From contig JAUCBJ010005674.1 in the NCBI GenBank assembly GCA_032718475.1, forward strand, positions 1 to 56,173: a stretch of 56,173 nucleotides of DNA, in the 5' to 3' direction. A program made the position numbers and the translations under genes. This DNA comes from Nemertoderma westbladi (lineage: Eukaryota > Animalia > Xenacoelomorpha). Positions 1 through 11,492 of this stretch are shown here, piece after piece. Under the pieces are notes generated by a model. It saw only the letters and a list, made by a program, of their open reading frames with translations, had not been told where the DNA came from and made no database searches. The first letter of the stretch is position 1. Each line of letters begins with the position of its first letter.

Positions 1-3000
1 TCAGGTGCCTGGAGAGATCTGATTTCCAGATGGTATCCATTTTTGATAGAGCTACCCAAGCCTTTGCTTTCCTAACTTCTATGTCCTTTTTGCTACTCTC
101 TATCCATGATCCAAGGTACTGGAAGTCATCGACCTGCCTTAGTTGATTATTATCAATGGTTGTCAAGTTTCCATCAACATTAAAGGTCATGAATTCGGTC
201 TTGGTAGCATTTATATGCAATCCAACCTCCTTAGCAGCCCTCTCCACTTTATTTAGTAGAAGCTGTGCATCTGCTAGCGTATTAGAGAGCAGGGCGATGT
301 CATCCGCAAAGTCGGTGTCTGTGACTGTAGTTGCCGGATGTCTACTACTTCTGCGTTCTTGAAGTGTGAATCCCAGATCTTCACCCTTTGTGGCCGTCCT
401 CATTGCGTAATCCAGCACAATTACAAATAGTAATGGTGCTAATGTGTCACCTTGCAGTACGCCAGCCAGGATTGAGAAAAACTCAGTTTCACCATCTGGT
501 GAGAGTACCTGCGCTTCTGTGTCACAATATAGCAATCCAATGCCATCAACAATTACTTCTGGTATTCCATAAGCTCTTAGGATTTCAAGCATTTTACCCC
601 TATGGATGGAGTCGAATGCCTTCTTGAAATCCACAAAAGTCATGACTGCGGGGAGATTCTTTGACTTGATTCCTTCAATCAGTCTCCGTAGTGCAAGTAT
701 CTGAGCTATTGTTGATCTACTTGGTCGAAATCCGTTTTGGCTCTTACGCAGTAGTTTCTCTATGTGAGGCCTAATCCTATATAGAATCATTTTATTGTAT
801 ATTTTGGCAGCTACCACAAGCAGACAGATCCCACGATAGTTTGTTGGTATGCCGAGGTCTCCTTTCTTGGGGAGAGGCTTTAGTTGACCTTTAGTCCAAA
901 TTGGTGGTGGCTTTTCCCCTTTTAACATCCGGTTGCAAACATTCAATAATGGTCTATTTAGCACTCCGGTTTTCCATACCTCCGCTGGGATTTCATCTAA
1001 TCCACTCGCTTTATTATTGGACATGCTTTTAATGCTTCTTTGGAGTTCGGCAGGTGTGAAGTCCCCTGTTTCTATAGGTAGTGTCTTGTCATATATTTTC
1101 CTTGTAGGGCTGACCTCGATGTTTGGTGGCTGCCCAAGCAAGTTTCTGAAGTGATTTTTCCACTTCCCAACACGTTCTTCAGGACTATCGGCTTTGAGAC
1201 GCCCCTTTGCACAACTTTTCCGACCAGATACCTCATTTACAGTTTGCCAGGTAAGTCTTGATTGTTGCTGTATGTGAGCAGTTGTAATTGCTTCAGTTTT
1301 ATCCTGTATGTACTTTTCCTGGCTGATGTTGTAGGCCAATTTAAGATCGTCCTTAGCTTTCTCAACCTTGTTAATGTTTTCGGTTGTTGGTTGTTCGGTT
1401 TTAACTTTGTAGGCTATCTTAAGATCTTCTCTCTTACAAGTAACCTCAGAGTTTTGCCATGGCACATACTGTTTTCGTTTAGGTTTCTGGGGGATATGCC
1501 TCTTAGCTGATTCCTTGTGGGCTGTTATTATATTCTGGTATATTGAATCGGTGGATTGGTCTTCATCCATTGACTGAAGTGCTTCAAAGCGGTTTTGAAC
1601 TTCTACTGTATAAGCATCCTTTACAGCATTGTCAGTTCTGAGTTTCTCCCAGTCATAGTGGATTTGCTTGCTTGTCTTGGGTTTGCTGGCTCTCAAACTG
1701 AGTCTGATCTCTGCAGTCACAATTCTGTGGTCCGAACCAATTAGGTTGAACGAGCTGTATGCCTCGCAGTTGATCATGCTATTTCTCCACTTTTTGTTTA
1801 TAAGGATGTAATCCAGTTGTGCTTTGGTTCCATTAGGGTATTGAAAGGTCCATAGCTTCCCCTTACTCTTTTCGAATGTGTTGTTTGTTGGTATCAATTC
1901 ACATTCTTCCATTAGGTCTAAGAGTAAGTACCCATTTCTGTTAGAACTGGTGTTATAGGTGTAACCCTTGATGTCTTCTGGGCCAATTTGCGCATTCAGG
2001 TCACCAGCAATGACTTTAACATTGTGTTTCGGGATGTCCTTAATAAGTCCAGTCAGTTCTTCATAAAACTTGACTGCTTGTTCTGGCTCTGATGCATTGG
2101 TTGGACTGTAGCAACATATAACTGTTGTCTTGGGATTCCCATCAAATGTTGCGATCATAACCCTGGAATTTATAGATTCGATGTTGTTTAGGGTCTTAAG
2201 TTCAAATGGGCTTAACAGAATTCCTACTCCACCAATTGATGCATTGGCCGAGTTTCTTACTGCTGAGCTTGTTACTAACGTCCATCCATTTCCAATGTCA
2301 TTGTACTTCATGGCAGTGTCTTCATGACAAATCCGATGTTCTTGGATGCAGATGATGTCGATGTTATATTCCATTGCCAGAGCGACCATGTCACCCTGTT
2401 TGCTCTGTGCTTTCAGTGTGCGTGCGTTCATTGCAGCAATCTTTAGTGTCTTTTTACATTTCAACAGGTTGGTTCTTCTTTCTTCTCTGTCTTCTGTTCC
2501 AGTAGCCAATTTATCGACCCCAGCCTGGTGTACCACTGAGGGACGCGGTCCTTGTTGACCCGGGCGACGACCGAGCCGGTATTTATCCTGGAGGGTTCTC
2601 ATACTCATATCTTTCAGTTGTGGGGGTAAACCGCTTGTGGTCGCAACTCCTACAAGCGTCTTCGCAGTAGGTCGCCGTTGGTTGATTACCTTCCGCCGAC
2701 CTTGTCAGCATGTCTAGCCGTTGGTTGATTACCTTCCGCCTATCCATGGCCTACAGCCCTGCTGCCGACTGTAGGGGTCCATTTGTTACACCCTGAACCA
2801 AGTGTGTCTCCTGGGTTAGGTTACCTAACACTGGTAGAGGAGCATCCAGTATAGACAGGGCGGGGCTTGTATCATCTCTAATGCAGATGCGTATCAAGCC
2901 TTTGCCTTCAATGGTGCCCTAGGCGCTATAGCCCTCAGTGACTTATTTAGTTGACGGGGCTGAACCAACCCACTCTTGATCAACTAAATAATGAATAGGC

Positions 3001-3100
3001 TATGCTTATCGGGCCTGCCCTACTGGGCTGACAGCTACAGGTAGTACCACATTACTGCCATAGTGGTAGCAGGATCTGGGGACCTGACCTGACTACATTA
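1..3100 (-). mobile_element. RTE-clade non-LTR retrotransposon (LINE), 5' part including ~490-nt 5' UTR; 3' end lies outside the window
   Basis: Single APE+RT ORF on the minus strand preceded by a structured UTR; abuts a 15-bp tandem array at ~3105. The 5' boundary is approximate. Confidence 0.88.
2..2608 (-). CDS. AP endonuclease-reverse transcriptase polyprotein (partial, runs off window edge)
   Basis: Manual translation from ATG 2608: MSMRTLQDKY...LKIAAMNARTL...IDIICIQEHR (APE N-terminus); RT motifs LAGVLQGDTLAPL (~432-470), VTDTDFADDIAL (~290-325), DDFQYLGSW (~105-131). Not in the ORF track, probably because it has no stop in the window. Continuity checked at motifs, not at every codon. 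Confidence 0.88.
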   Translation of the reverse strand, partial: MSMRTLQDKYRLGRRPGQQGPRPSVVHQAGVDKLATGTEDREERRTNLLKCKKTLKIAAMNARTLKAQSKQGDMVALAMEYNIDIICIQEHRICHEDTAMKYNDIGNGWTLVTSSAVRNSANASIGGVGILLSPFELKTLNNIESINSRVMIATFDGNPKTTVICCYSPTNASEPEQAVKFYEELTGLIKDIPKHNVKVIAGDLNAQIGPEDIKGYTYNTSSNRNGYLLLDLMEECELIPTNNTFEKSKGKLWTFQYPNGTKAQLDYILINKKWRNSMINCEAYSSFNLIGSDHRIVTAEIRLSLRASKPKTSKQIHYDWEKLRTDNAVKDAYTVEVQNRFEALQSMDEDQSTDSIYQNIITAHKESAKRHIPQKPKRKQYVPWQNSEVTCKREDLKIAYKVKTEQPTTENINKVEKAKDDLKLAYNISQEKYIQDKTEAITTAHIQQQSRLTWQTVNEVSGRKSCAKGRLKADSPEERVGKWKNHFRNLLGQPPNIEVSPTRKIYDKTLPIETGDFTPAELQRSIKSMSNNKASGLDEIPAEVWKTGVLNRPLLNVCNRMLKGEKPPPIWTKGQLKPLPKKGDLGIPTNYRGICLLVVAAKIYNKMILYRIRPHIEKLLRKSQNGFRPSRSTIAQILALRRLIEGIKSKNLPAVMTFVDFKKAFDSIHRGKMLEILRAYGIPEVIVDGIGLLYCDTEAQVLSPDGETEFFSILAGVLQGDTLAPLLFVIVLDYAMRTATKGEDLGFTLQERRSSRHPATTVTDTDFADDIALLSNTLADAQLLLNKVERAAKEVGLHINATKTEFMTFNVDGNLTTIDNNQLRQVDDFQYLGSWIESSKKDIEVRKAKAWVALSKMDTIWKSDLSRHL

Positions 3101-3106
3101 ACTGAC

Positions 3107-3825
3107 TTATTTAATATACTCTTATTTAATTTACTCTTAATACTCTTATTTAATTTACTCTTATTTAATTTACTCTTATTTAATTTACTCTTATTTAATT
3201 TACTCTTATTTAATTTACTCTTATTTAATTTACTCTTATTTAATATACTCTTATTTAATTTACTCTTAATACTCTTATTTAATTTACTCTTAGTTAATTT
3301 ACTCTTATTTAATTTACTCTTATTTAATTTACCCTTATTTAATTTACTCTTATTTAATTTACTCTTATTTAATTTACTCTTATTTAATATACTCTTATTT
3401 AATTTACTCTTAATACTCTTATTTAATTTACTCTTATTTAATTTACTCTTATTTAATTTACTCTTATTTAATTTACTCTTATTTAACTTACTCTTATTTA
3501 ATTTACTCTTATTTAATATACTCTTATTTAATTTACTCTTATTTAATTTACTCTTATTTAATTTACTCTTATTTAATTTACTCTTATTTAATTTACTCTT
3601 ATTTAATTTACTCTTATTTAATTTACTCTTATTTAATTTTCTCTTATTTAATTTACTCTTATTTAATTTACTCTTATTTAATTTACTCTTATTTAATATA
3701 CTCTTATTTAATATACTCTTATTTAATTTACTCTTATTTAATTTACTCTTATTTAATTTACTCTTATTTAATTTACTCTTATTTAATTTACTCTTATGTA
3801 ATTTACTCTTATTTAATTTAATTTA
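3107..3825. repeat. 15-bp minisatellite (ATTTAATTTACTCTT)n, ~48 copies
   Basis: Unit read directly, with a few shortened variants. Confidence 0.95.
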
Positions 3826-3951
3826 TTATTATCCGCCTACATTTTTTATCATGGCCGAATATTATTTCCAGTGATGGAGTATTTTTTCGTATGTAATGTA
3901 TTTTATTTGCCAGGCTTGTCCGCTAAACAGTCGGTATCTTGTTTGACTTAA

Positions 3952-4826
3952 GGGGGGGGGTATACCCCCCCATGAACCTTTTTTTAAAATGGCTGTCAAA
4001 TAGTGTTAAATGATAATATTGCTATTTTGTCATGGTCAACCACTGTATGGAAGGCCAAATAGCCTTTATAGTAAAATTTGAAAATTTGTAGCCTCCCTCT
4101 AGCGGCTGGCGGCGGAATTAAAGATTTCACTAAAATTGCTACTAGTCCCTCAATTTTGGTCCAAATTTCTTGAAACCAACTTTTTTAGACTCAGCGTGAT
4201 CGACTCTACAAAAGTTATCTTATAGAATTTTTAATTAGCCATTTTTATTTTAATTAATTAATTTAATTAATTAATTATCATATTTTTAATTAAAATTGGC
4301 TAATTATAAAAAATGGAAATATTTATCAAAATTCCATAAGATAACTTTTAAAGAGCTTCCAAAGCTCGTTCGAATGAGCCATAAAAGAAGAAAATTGGTT
4401 GAAAAATGACGGAGGAGTAGTCATTTGAAAATGAAAAATGTCATTCCGAGAAAATGCCCTTCAAAGTTTAAACCGTCCCGCCAAAATTGGCTGTCTGCGT
4501 TCTGGTTGGTTAATTATTTCGGGCACTAGGATGCACACCAACGAGCTAAAATTTTCATTACGGGGGTTTTCGGGGTCGCTGATTTCATTTCCGATGTCAG
4601 TTTTAATTTTTAGTGGAATCTAGTCTATTTGTCTGTCTGTCGGTCTTCTGTCATTCTTACAATTTGACAGACAGACCGTCATACGGATAAACAGTGATAC
4701 CTCGAGAACTGAAAGAGGTCTCACTAAGCGGTTTTCAGATTTGTAATCCCCATTAAATTCTGCTCTAGGTGAAATAAAGAAACAACAATTTGAAAATTTT
4801 ACCTGAGGGGGGGTATACCCCCCCCC
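3952..4826. mobile_element. Non-autonomous DNA transposon, Kolobok-like (TTAA TSD, GG...CC ends)
   Basis: TTAA at 3948-3951 and 4827-4830; 20-bp TIR GGGGGGGGGTATACCCCCCC at both ends. Purine-purine termini with a TTAA target fit Kolobok better than piggyBac (CC... termini). Confidence 0.75.
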
Positions 4827-5158
4827 TTAACACGTCACACAAATAACGCCACGCCTTGTGAGTATCACTTTAATCAAATGGGACTCTTATGGAAACGCGG
4901 TTTACCGCCTAACGTTCATAACGGTTCATAACGTCTAGATTCCCAATGGGTGGAACACTAGCAATTTTTAATTAGGTAACTCACGTTTCTTTTAGCCAAG
5001 TTATTTTACTAATTGCTCGCAATTAATTAATTATACTCTTTAAAGTTTTACTTGTGTTGGTAGATCAACAATAATGTTATTTTAATGTTACCTTAATATT
5101 TACACTACCTATGGTACCATGTGTTATCGTTCAAAGAAAAGCATCAGTTATCTAATTT

Positions 5159-5850
5159 TAACTTACTTTCAGTTTAAAGCAACTGTATTTTAATTATATA
5201 TTTAATTGTAATGTCTGACTTACATTGGTGGTTAACTTTCTTTTAGTTTAACGCAACTGTATTTTATTTATATATTTAATTGTAATGTCTGACTTACATT
5301 GGTGGTTAACTTTCTTTTAGTTTAACGCAACTGTATTTTATTTATATATTTAATTGTAATGTCTGACTTACATTGGTGGTTAACTTTCTTTTAGTTTAAC
5401 GCAACTGTATTTTATTTATATATTTAACTGTAATGTCTGACTTACATTGGTGGTTAACTTTCTTTTAGTTTAACGCAACTGTATTTTAATTATATATTTA
5501 ATTGTAATGTCTGACTTACATTGGTGGTTAACTTTCTTTTAGTTTAACGCAACTGTATTTTATTTATATATTTAACGGTACTGTCTGACTTACATTGGTG
5601 GTTAACTTACTTTTAGTTTAACGCAACTGTATTTTAATCATATATTTAATTGTAATGTCTGACTTACATTGGTGGTTAACTTTCTTTTAGTTTAACGCAA
5701 CTGTATTTTATTTATATATTTAACGGTACTGTCTGACTTACATTGGTGGTTAACTTACTTTTAGTTTAACGCAACTGTATTTTAATCATATATTTAATTG
5801 TAATATCTGACTTACATTGGTGATTAACTTACTTTCAGCTTAACGCTACC
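5159..5850. repeat. 74-bp tandem repeat, ~9 copies
   Basis: TACATTGGTGGTTAAC recurs at 5221, 5295 and onward with a 74-bp period. Confidence 0.93.
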
Positions 5851-6464
5851 TTTATTTAACTTAATATTTGTATTTTCTACGGTACCAATGTTATCTCTGT
5901 TACCGATTTTAACCATGTTAATTTGGAAAACAATCAATTGAAATGTATTCCAAAGAACCCAACTAACTAAGAAAATCTACAAAATCTGAATTTGTACTAT
6001 TATATATTCGTTATACATACATTTATACATTTAATGTATAATTTAATTGCCAGTGATTTTTTATGTCCTTTTATTTGACTTTTTTGTCCTCATATTTTTC
6101 CGAATTGTGCATAATGACTTTTGTTGTCCTTATAATGACTTTTGTTGTCCTTTAATGACTTTTCATGTATGTATTTCTTCAAGCTGTCAGACTGCTGATT
6201 TCTGGACTGTCCGACAGTTAATTTAAGCATGCCTATGCCAAAATATTCAATATTTGTTGATTTCTGGTCTGTCGGACAGTTGGTTTCACTATGCCTGTGC
6301 CAAAACATTCAAAATTCCATGATTTATAGACTATGAGATAGATTTCCATATGCGCCTGTGGTAAAAAGACTCTAAATTGAATAGTTTGTGGTTGTTGTAG
6401 ATAATCGATTACCACATGACGTAGCAAAACACTCATTTTATAGCCAAAAACAATTATCAATTGA

Positions 6465-7815
6465 TGGAGAGGAGCAGGTTAAGGCCGGATTTTCTAACCA
6501 AAACAATAAACAGTCACTTTACCAAATGAAGGAAAGGAGCAGGATACAGAGGCTAGCCTTTCTAACCAAAACAATAAACGGTCACTTTAACAAATCAGGG
6601 AAAGGAGCAGGTTACAGAGGCGGGATTATCTAACCAAAACAATATACAACCACTTTACCAAATGAAGGAAAGGAGCAGGTTACATACAGTAGATGGTCTT
6701 TTCTAACCAAAACAATAAGCGATAACATTACCAATTGAGAGAAAGGAGCAGGTTACAGAGGCGGGATTTCCTAACCAAAACAATAAACGATCACTAAACT
6801 AATTGAGGGAAAGGAGCAGGTTACAGAGGCGGGATTTTCTAACCAAAACAATAAACGATCATTTAACTAATTGAGGGAAAGGGGCAGGTTACAGAGGCGG
6901 GATTTTCTAACCAAAACAACAAACAGTCACTTTACAAAATGAAGGAAAGGAGCAGGTTACAGAGGCGGGCCTTTCTAACCAAAACAATAAACGGTCACTT
7001 TACTAAATGAAGGAAAGGAGCAGGTTACAGAGGCGGGCCTTTCTAACCAAAACAATAAACAATCACTTTGCCAAATGAAGAAAAGGAGCAGGTTACATAG
7101 ATGGTCTTTTCTAACCAAAACAATAAACGATAACATTACCGATTAAGAGAAAGGAGCAGGTTACAGAGGCGGGATGTCCTAACCAAAACAATAAACGATC
7201 ACTTAACTAATTGAGGGAAAGGAGCAGGTTACAGAGGCGGGATTTTCTAACCAAAACAATAAACGATCACTTAACTAATTGAGGGAAAGGGGCAGGTTAC
7301 AGAGGCGGGATTTTCTAACCAAAACAACAAACAGTCACTTTACAAAATGAAGGAAAGGAGCAGGTTACAGAGGCGGGCCTTTCTAACCAAAACAATAAAC
7401 GGTCACTTTACCAAATCAGGGAAAGGAGCAGGTTACAGAGGCGGGATTTTCTAACCAAAACAACCGGTCAGCCGGTAGGCCTACCATTACCATTACATGG
7501 AAACGAGACGCAGTCTCATGGGGCTATCCTCGACCAAAACAATAAACGATCACTTAACTAATTGAGGGAAAGGAGCAGGTTACAGAGGCGGGATTTTCTA
7601 ACCAAAACAATAAACGATCACTTAACTAATTGAGGGAAAGGGGCAGGTTAGAGAGGCGGGATTTTCTAACCAAAACAACAAACAGTCACTTTACAAAATG
7701 AAGGAAAGGAGCAGGTTACAGAGGCGGGCCTTTCTAACCAAAACAATAAACGGTCACTTTACCAAATCAGGGAAAGGAGCAGGTTACAGAGGCGGGATTT
7801 TCTAACCAAAACAAC
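6465..7815. repeat. 68-bp tandem array (GAAAGGAGCAGGTTACAGAGGCGGGATTTTCTAACCAAAACAATAAAC...)
   Basis: GAAAGGAGC at 6741, 6809 etc.; includes a ~351-bp higher-order duplication ending at 7533 and 7884. Confidence 0.92.
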
Positions 7816-7929
7816 CGGTCAGCCGGTAGGCCTACCATTACCATTACATGGAAACGAGACGCAGTCTCATGGGGCTATCCTCGACGACAAATCATTATTA
7901 CTCAATGTTTTAGATACCCCGTACAACTA

Positions 7930-9099
7930 CAGTCCCAATCCCAATAAACATTAACTTGGTCGTTTTGGCGGCCAAAATGACCAAAATCACCAAAAAAATT
8001 AAGTGTATTCCTATGGGCTACTTGGTCGTTTTGGCGAAGCGATTTTACTCGAATCAGCTCAATCCAGACAGTCTGTCTCCTTGGCCATCCATTTGGTGGA
8101 TCTGACTAAATGTCGGCTCGCTTTCATTTTTATTATTGACAGATTGTTAACTTACCCGGCGCTGAGCCTTGCAGTACTGGAGTCTGCCCACTGAGGCATT
8201 GATAGAGTACACAGTCTTATAAAAGGAGTTGAATGGGGCTTCGTTAAAGGAGGAGTATGTATAATAATCTGAACGTCCCGAAATTAATTTATGGACGTCC
8301 CGAAATTAATTTATGGACGTCCCGAAATTAACTATATGGACGTCCCGAAATTAGCTTATGGACGTCCCGAAATTAACTTATGGACGTCCCGAAATTAATT
8401 TATGGACGTCCCGAAATTAATTTATGGACGTCCCGAAATTAATCTATCAACCAATCAGAATCGTAATGAAATAACTAATTAATGGCCGTCCATAAATTAA
8501 TTTCGGGATGTTAATTTCGGAAATTAATTTCAATAATATTTCTTTTTATAATAAAAATTTTTTTAAATATTTTTTTACAATGTATAATTCGCGGACACTG
8601 CGGGGTGACTACAAAACAAAGACCCAATTATAAAGACCTGCATAATCTTGTTACATGTGTTAACTTTCGTTAATTGTTTTGAAACCCCCGTCACGCCTCT
8701 GTAATTTGCTCCTTTACTAACCTGCTCTTTTAAATAGCAATGATACATAACGCTCATTGTGACCTGTACAAAACAAAGAGGTAAAGTCGCGTTACGTCCC
8801 AAAGAGCGTTAGGTTCCAAAGAGCTTTAGGTCCCATTGCCAGAGAGCGTGGGTCACATTGCGATGCAAAATGGGATGCAAAATATAAATTTCTGAGCTAA
8901 GAAAGGGAAATTGGATACTGTACAACTTGTCTGGATACAAGCGGTCCGTTTACCTTACAAAATGAAAAATAAAGGTGCGAAATATAAAACATAGTAGTGT
9001 CCTACTCGAACGGAACGGAACTGTCCGGGGGGGGGGGGGGGGGGGGGGGGGGGGTTGGGGAGGGAATGACAAAGTTAATGTTTATTGGGATTGGGACTG
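7930..9099. mobile_element. Tc1/mariner-like non-autonomous element (TA TSD)
   Basis: 28-bp perfect TIR CAGTCCCAATCCCAATAAACATTAACTT at 7930-7957 and 9072-9099, flanked by TA at 7928-7929 and 9100-9101; no transposase. Confidence 0.85.
8272..8510. repeat. 22-bp tandem repeat (GGACGTCCCGAAATTAATTTAT) x~8 plus one inverted copy
   Basis: Direct copies at 8272-8445; inverted copy CGTCCATAAATTAATTTCGGGA at ~8487-8508. Confidence 0.88.
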
Positions 9100-9531
9100 T
9101 ACGGCAGTACAGGTGCCGGTACCGGTACTAAAATACCTAAAATACCTGCTTTATACCTACATCTATACATACAATACAGCAATAATACTGCAAAATAGTG
9201 CTCTATATACTATTACCGGTACTGATAGCCTGAGAGAACAGCAGTAGAGAAACCGGTAGCATGGAACCTAACGGTAAATTTCTGGAGGGCATAAAAAGTC
9301 AAAAAAAAAACTAATGCCGGTACTGATAGCCTGAGAGAACAGCAGTAGATAAACCGGTAGCATGGAACCTAACGGTAAATTTCTGGAGGACATAAAAAGT
9401 AAAAAAAAAGGACATCATGAGTGATTTAAACGGACAATAAAAATTATTGCGAATTTAATTTATAATTTCTGATTTAATTTATTTAATTCCCAATCAGCCA
9501 TATAGGTCCTGGTGATATCAGTAGTAGTTTA

Positions 9532-10555
9532 GTATCAGTATCAGTATCCACTACTGATGGAGACACAGACCCATTTGAGGTTCTCTGGGGTGTCTTTCAA
9601 GGAGACAACATTAGCCCCGTTCCTCTTCATTATTGTGGTGGACTATGTGCTGCGGACATCACTCGATCTTCATGAAGCTGATGGGGTGGAAATATCTCCA
9701 CCATCAGGTAGCCGTAGACTTGGTTCCCCAGCAGAACATCTAACCGACCTTGACTTTGCAGATGACCTTGGTTTACTGTCAGAGACATTAGAAGGAGCAC
9801 AGTAGCTGCTATCTAGCTTAGAGGAGGCTGCATCTAGTGTTGGCCTCTTTGTGAATAGCACAAAGACCAAAATTCTGACAGTAAACATGGATTCAGATCA
9901 GCAGAAAATTGATCGGGATAACATTCAATCGCTGGATGGACTGGTAAGTCATGTGAACGACTTCTGCTACCTTGGATCATGGGTTCGGAGGTCTGCTGAA
10001 GATCTCCGAATTCGCAAAGGGAAAGCCTGGTCCGCCATCCACAAGCTATCCAGGATCTGGAAGAGCTCTGACATTTCATGCTCTTTAAAGGTACGCCTTT
10101 TCCGTGCAGCAGTGGAGCCTGTGCTGCTCTATGGCAGCCCATGCTGGGCTCTAACTGCTGAAGACACCAGGTCCTTGGATGGCACATACACCAGGATGCT
10201 TCGCCGGGTGCACAACATAGCATATGATGCACACATAAGCAATGAGGTGTTATATAAATATGGTAACATCTCATTGCTAAGACCTAGCATCACCCTGCAG
10301 AAACGCCGTCTAATGCTTGCTGGGCACTGTTTCCGCCAGCAGGATCAACCTGTACACAACCTTGTGCTGTGGCAGCCTGCTGGCGAGAATAGACGTGGTG
10401 GACAGCCAATGACTTTCCTCAAACGCCTGCTCAAGGACACAGGACTTGAGAACAGGAATGAATTAGGAAATTGAAATTGTATGGCTGACCACAAGATCTG
10501 GGGGCGCTATGTTTCTGGGGCCGCCGGCACTGCACCCTAGTGCAAGCCGATCATC
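9532..10555 (+). pseudogene. 5'-truncated, decayed RTE-clade LINE (RT C-terminal half)
   Basis: TLAPFLFIIVVDY, LTDLDFADDLGL, DFCYLGSWV, LDGTYTRMLR, LAGHC; in-frame TAG at 9803-9805; (TCA)n tail; 15-bp TSD ATCAGTAGTAGTTTA at 9517-9531 and 10556-10570. Confidence 0.92.
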
Positions 10556-10790
10556 ATCAGTAGTAGTTTACAGATTGCAGGCACAGTCAGACCGTACCGG
10601 TACTGGTAGGTCAGTAGGTAGTTAGTACGCCCGTTATCACGCAGTTCTCTGTGCTCTGTGGATCAGAACAACATCCTTCCCTCACCAGTGGACTGACCGA
10701 CCTGTGCACTCCGCGTTCCGTTATCTTTGGCTGTTTGTTGTTGCGGATACCTATATCTACCGGTTGACCGGTAGAATATATATTTATCGA

Positions 10791-11234
10791 ATGAATTTCT
10801 CTGAACTAATTAAGGTGACCCGTAGCTTCTCTACCAGTAAGACTCATAGCCACTTCTTTGGGCGAGCAAAACAGCAGCCCAAACATAGGTGGTTAACTAA
10901 AGTTCAACCGGATGGTACAGAGGCCCTTCGCGAAAGCAAAGGTTTCAATCCCTTTAAACTCAAAGATTCCGTTGAATCAACAAAAACGCGGCGGGTTGCC
11001 GAATGCGTACAGGAAATAAACGAAATATTGAGATGTTTCGCGAGTAATAATTATAAGGACAGTCGGTGTGAGAAACAGATCGCGAGATATTCAAAGTGCC
11101 TGGCGAGCCACGCAAACAATAGCAGAAGCCAATCACGTCAGTGGGAGAAAACTCAAAAAATAAACGATAAACTCCAACGTTACCCGACTCACCATGGACC
11201 CGCCGGCAATAAAAACCGCATAAATCGGTATTAG
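10791..11234 (+). CDS. CHCHD1: Twin CX9C (CHCH) protein, mitochondrial small-subunit ribosomal protein mS37-like
   Basis: First ATG at 10791; basic Ser/Arg-rich N-terminus; CVQEINEILRC...CEKQIARYSKC (CX9C-X10-CX9C); C-terminal INDKLQRYP resembles the CHCHD1 LNKLLQRFP motif. Confidence 0.8.
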   Translation: MNFSELIKVTRSFSTSKTHSHFFGRAKQQPKHRWLTKVQPDGTEALRESKGFNPFKLKDSVESTKTRRVAECVQEINEILRCFASNNYKDSRCEKQIARYSKCLASHANNSRSQSRQWEKTQKINDKLQRYPTHHGPAGNKNRINRY

Positions 11235-11492
11235 AAGACGGTCGATATTCTGTTACCGGTGTTAGAACAGAACGAACGACTCTAACCTCAAAGTACAGAA
11301 GTATATTTAGTCTTTACGAAGGTACAAACTTCTGAACTTTCTTCTTAAATTTGTATTCTGGTATTACATCATAGATAATTTGTACAAACGTACCTAACGT
11401 AATACCGTAGTAAAGTTTAGAAAGTTTTCTTTGCTTACAATTAATTGCATTTTATTTACACTTTTATTGTGTTCGATAAATGTTCGCTTATC

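Larger units (their letters stand above)
6055..9416. mobile_element. Dispersed non-autonomous element with internal 68-bp array (copy 1), interrupted by a MITE
   Basis: 6055-7480 and 9104-9268 match 30205-31487 collinearly. Weak inverted ends (TTTTTTATGTCC ~6057; GGACATAAAAA ~9388). Boundaries approximate. Confidence 0.6.

Noticed and set aside
156-2558. Short plus-strand ORFs
   Set aside because: Antisense shadows of the RTE ORF.
10704-11492. Upstream starts at 10704 and 11445 in the ORF track
   Set aside because: These are GTG/TTG codons; the eukaryotic ATGs at 10791 and 11493 are preferred.
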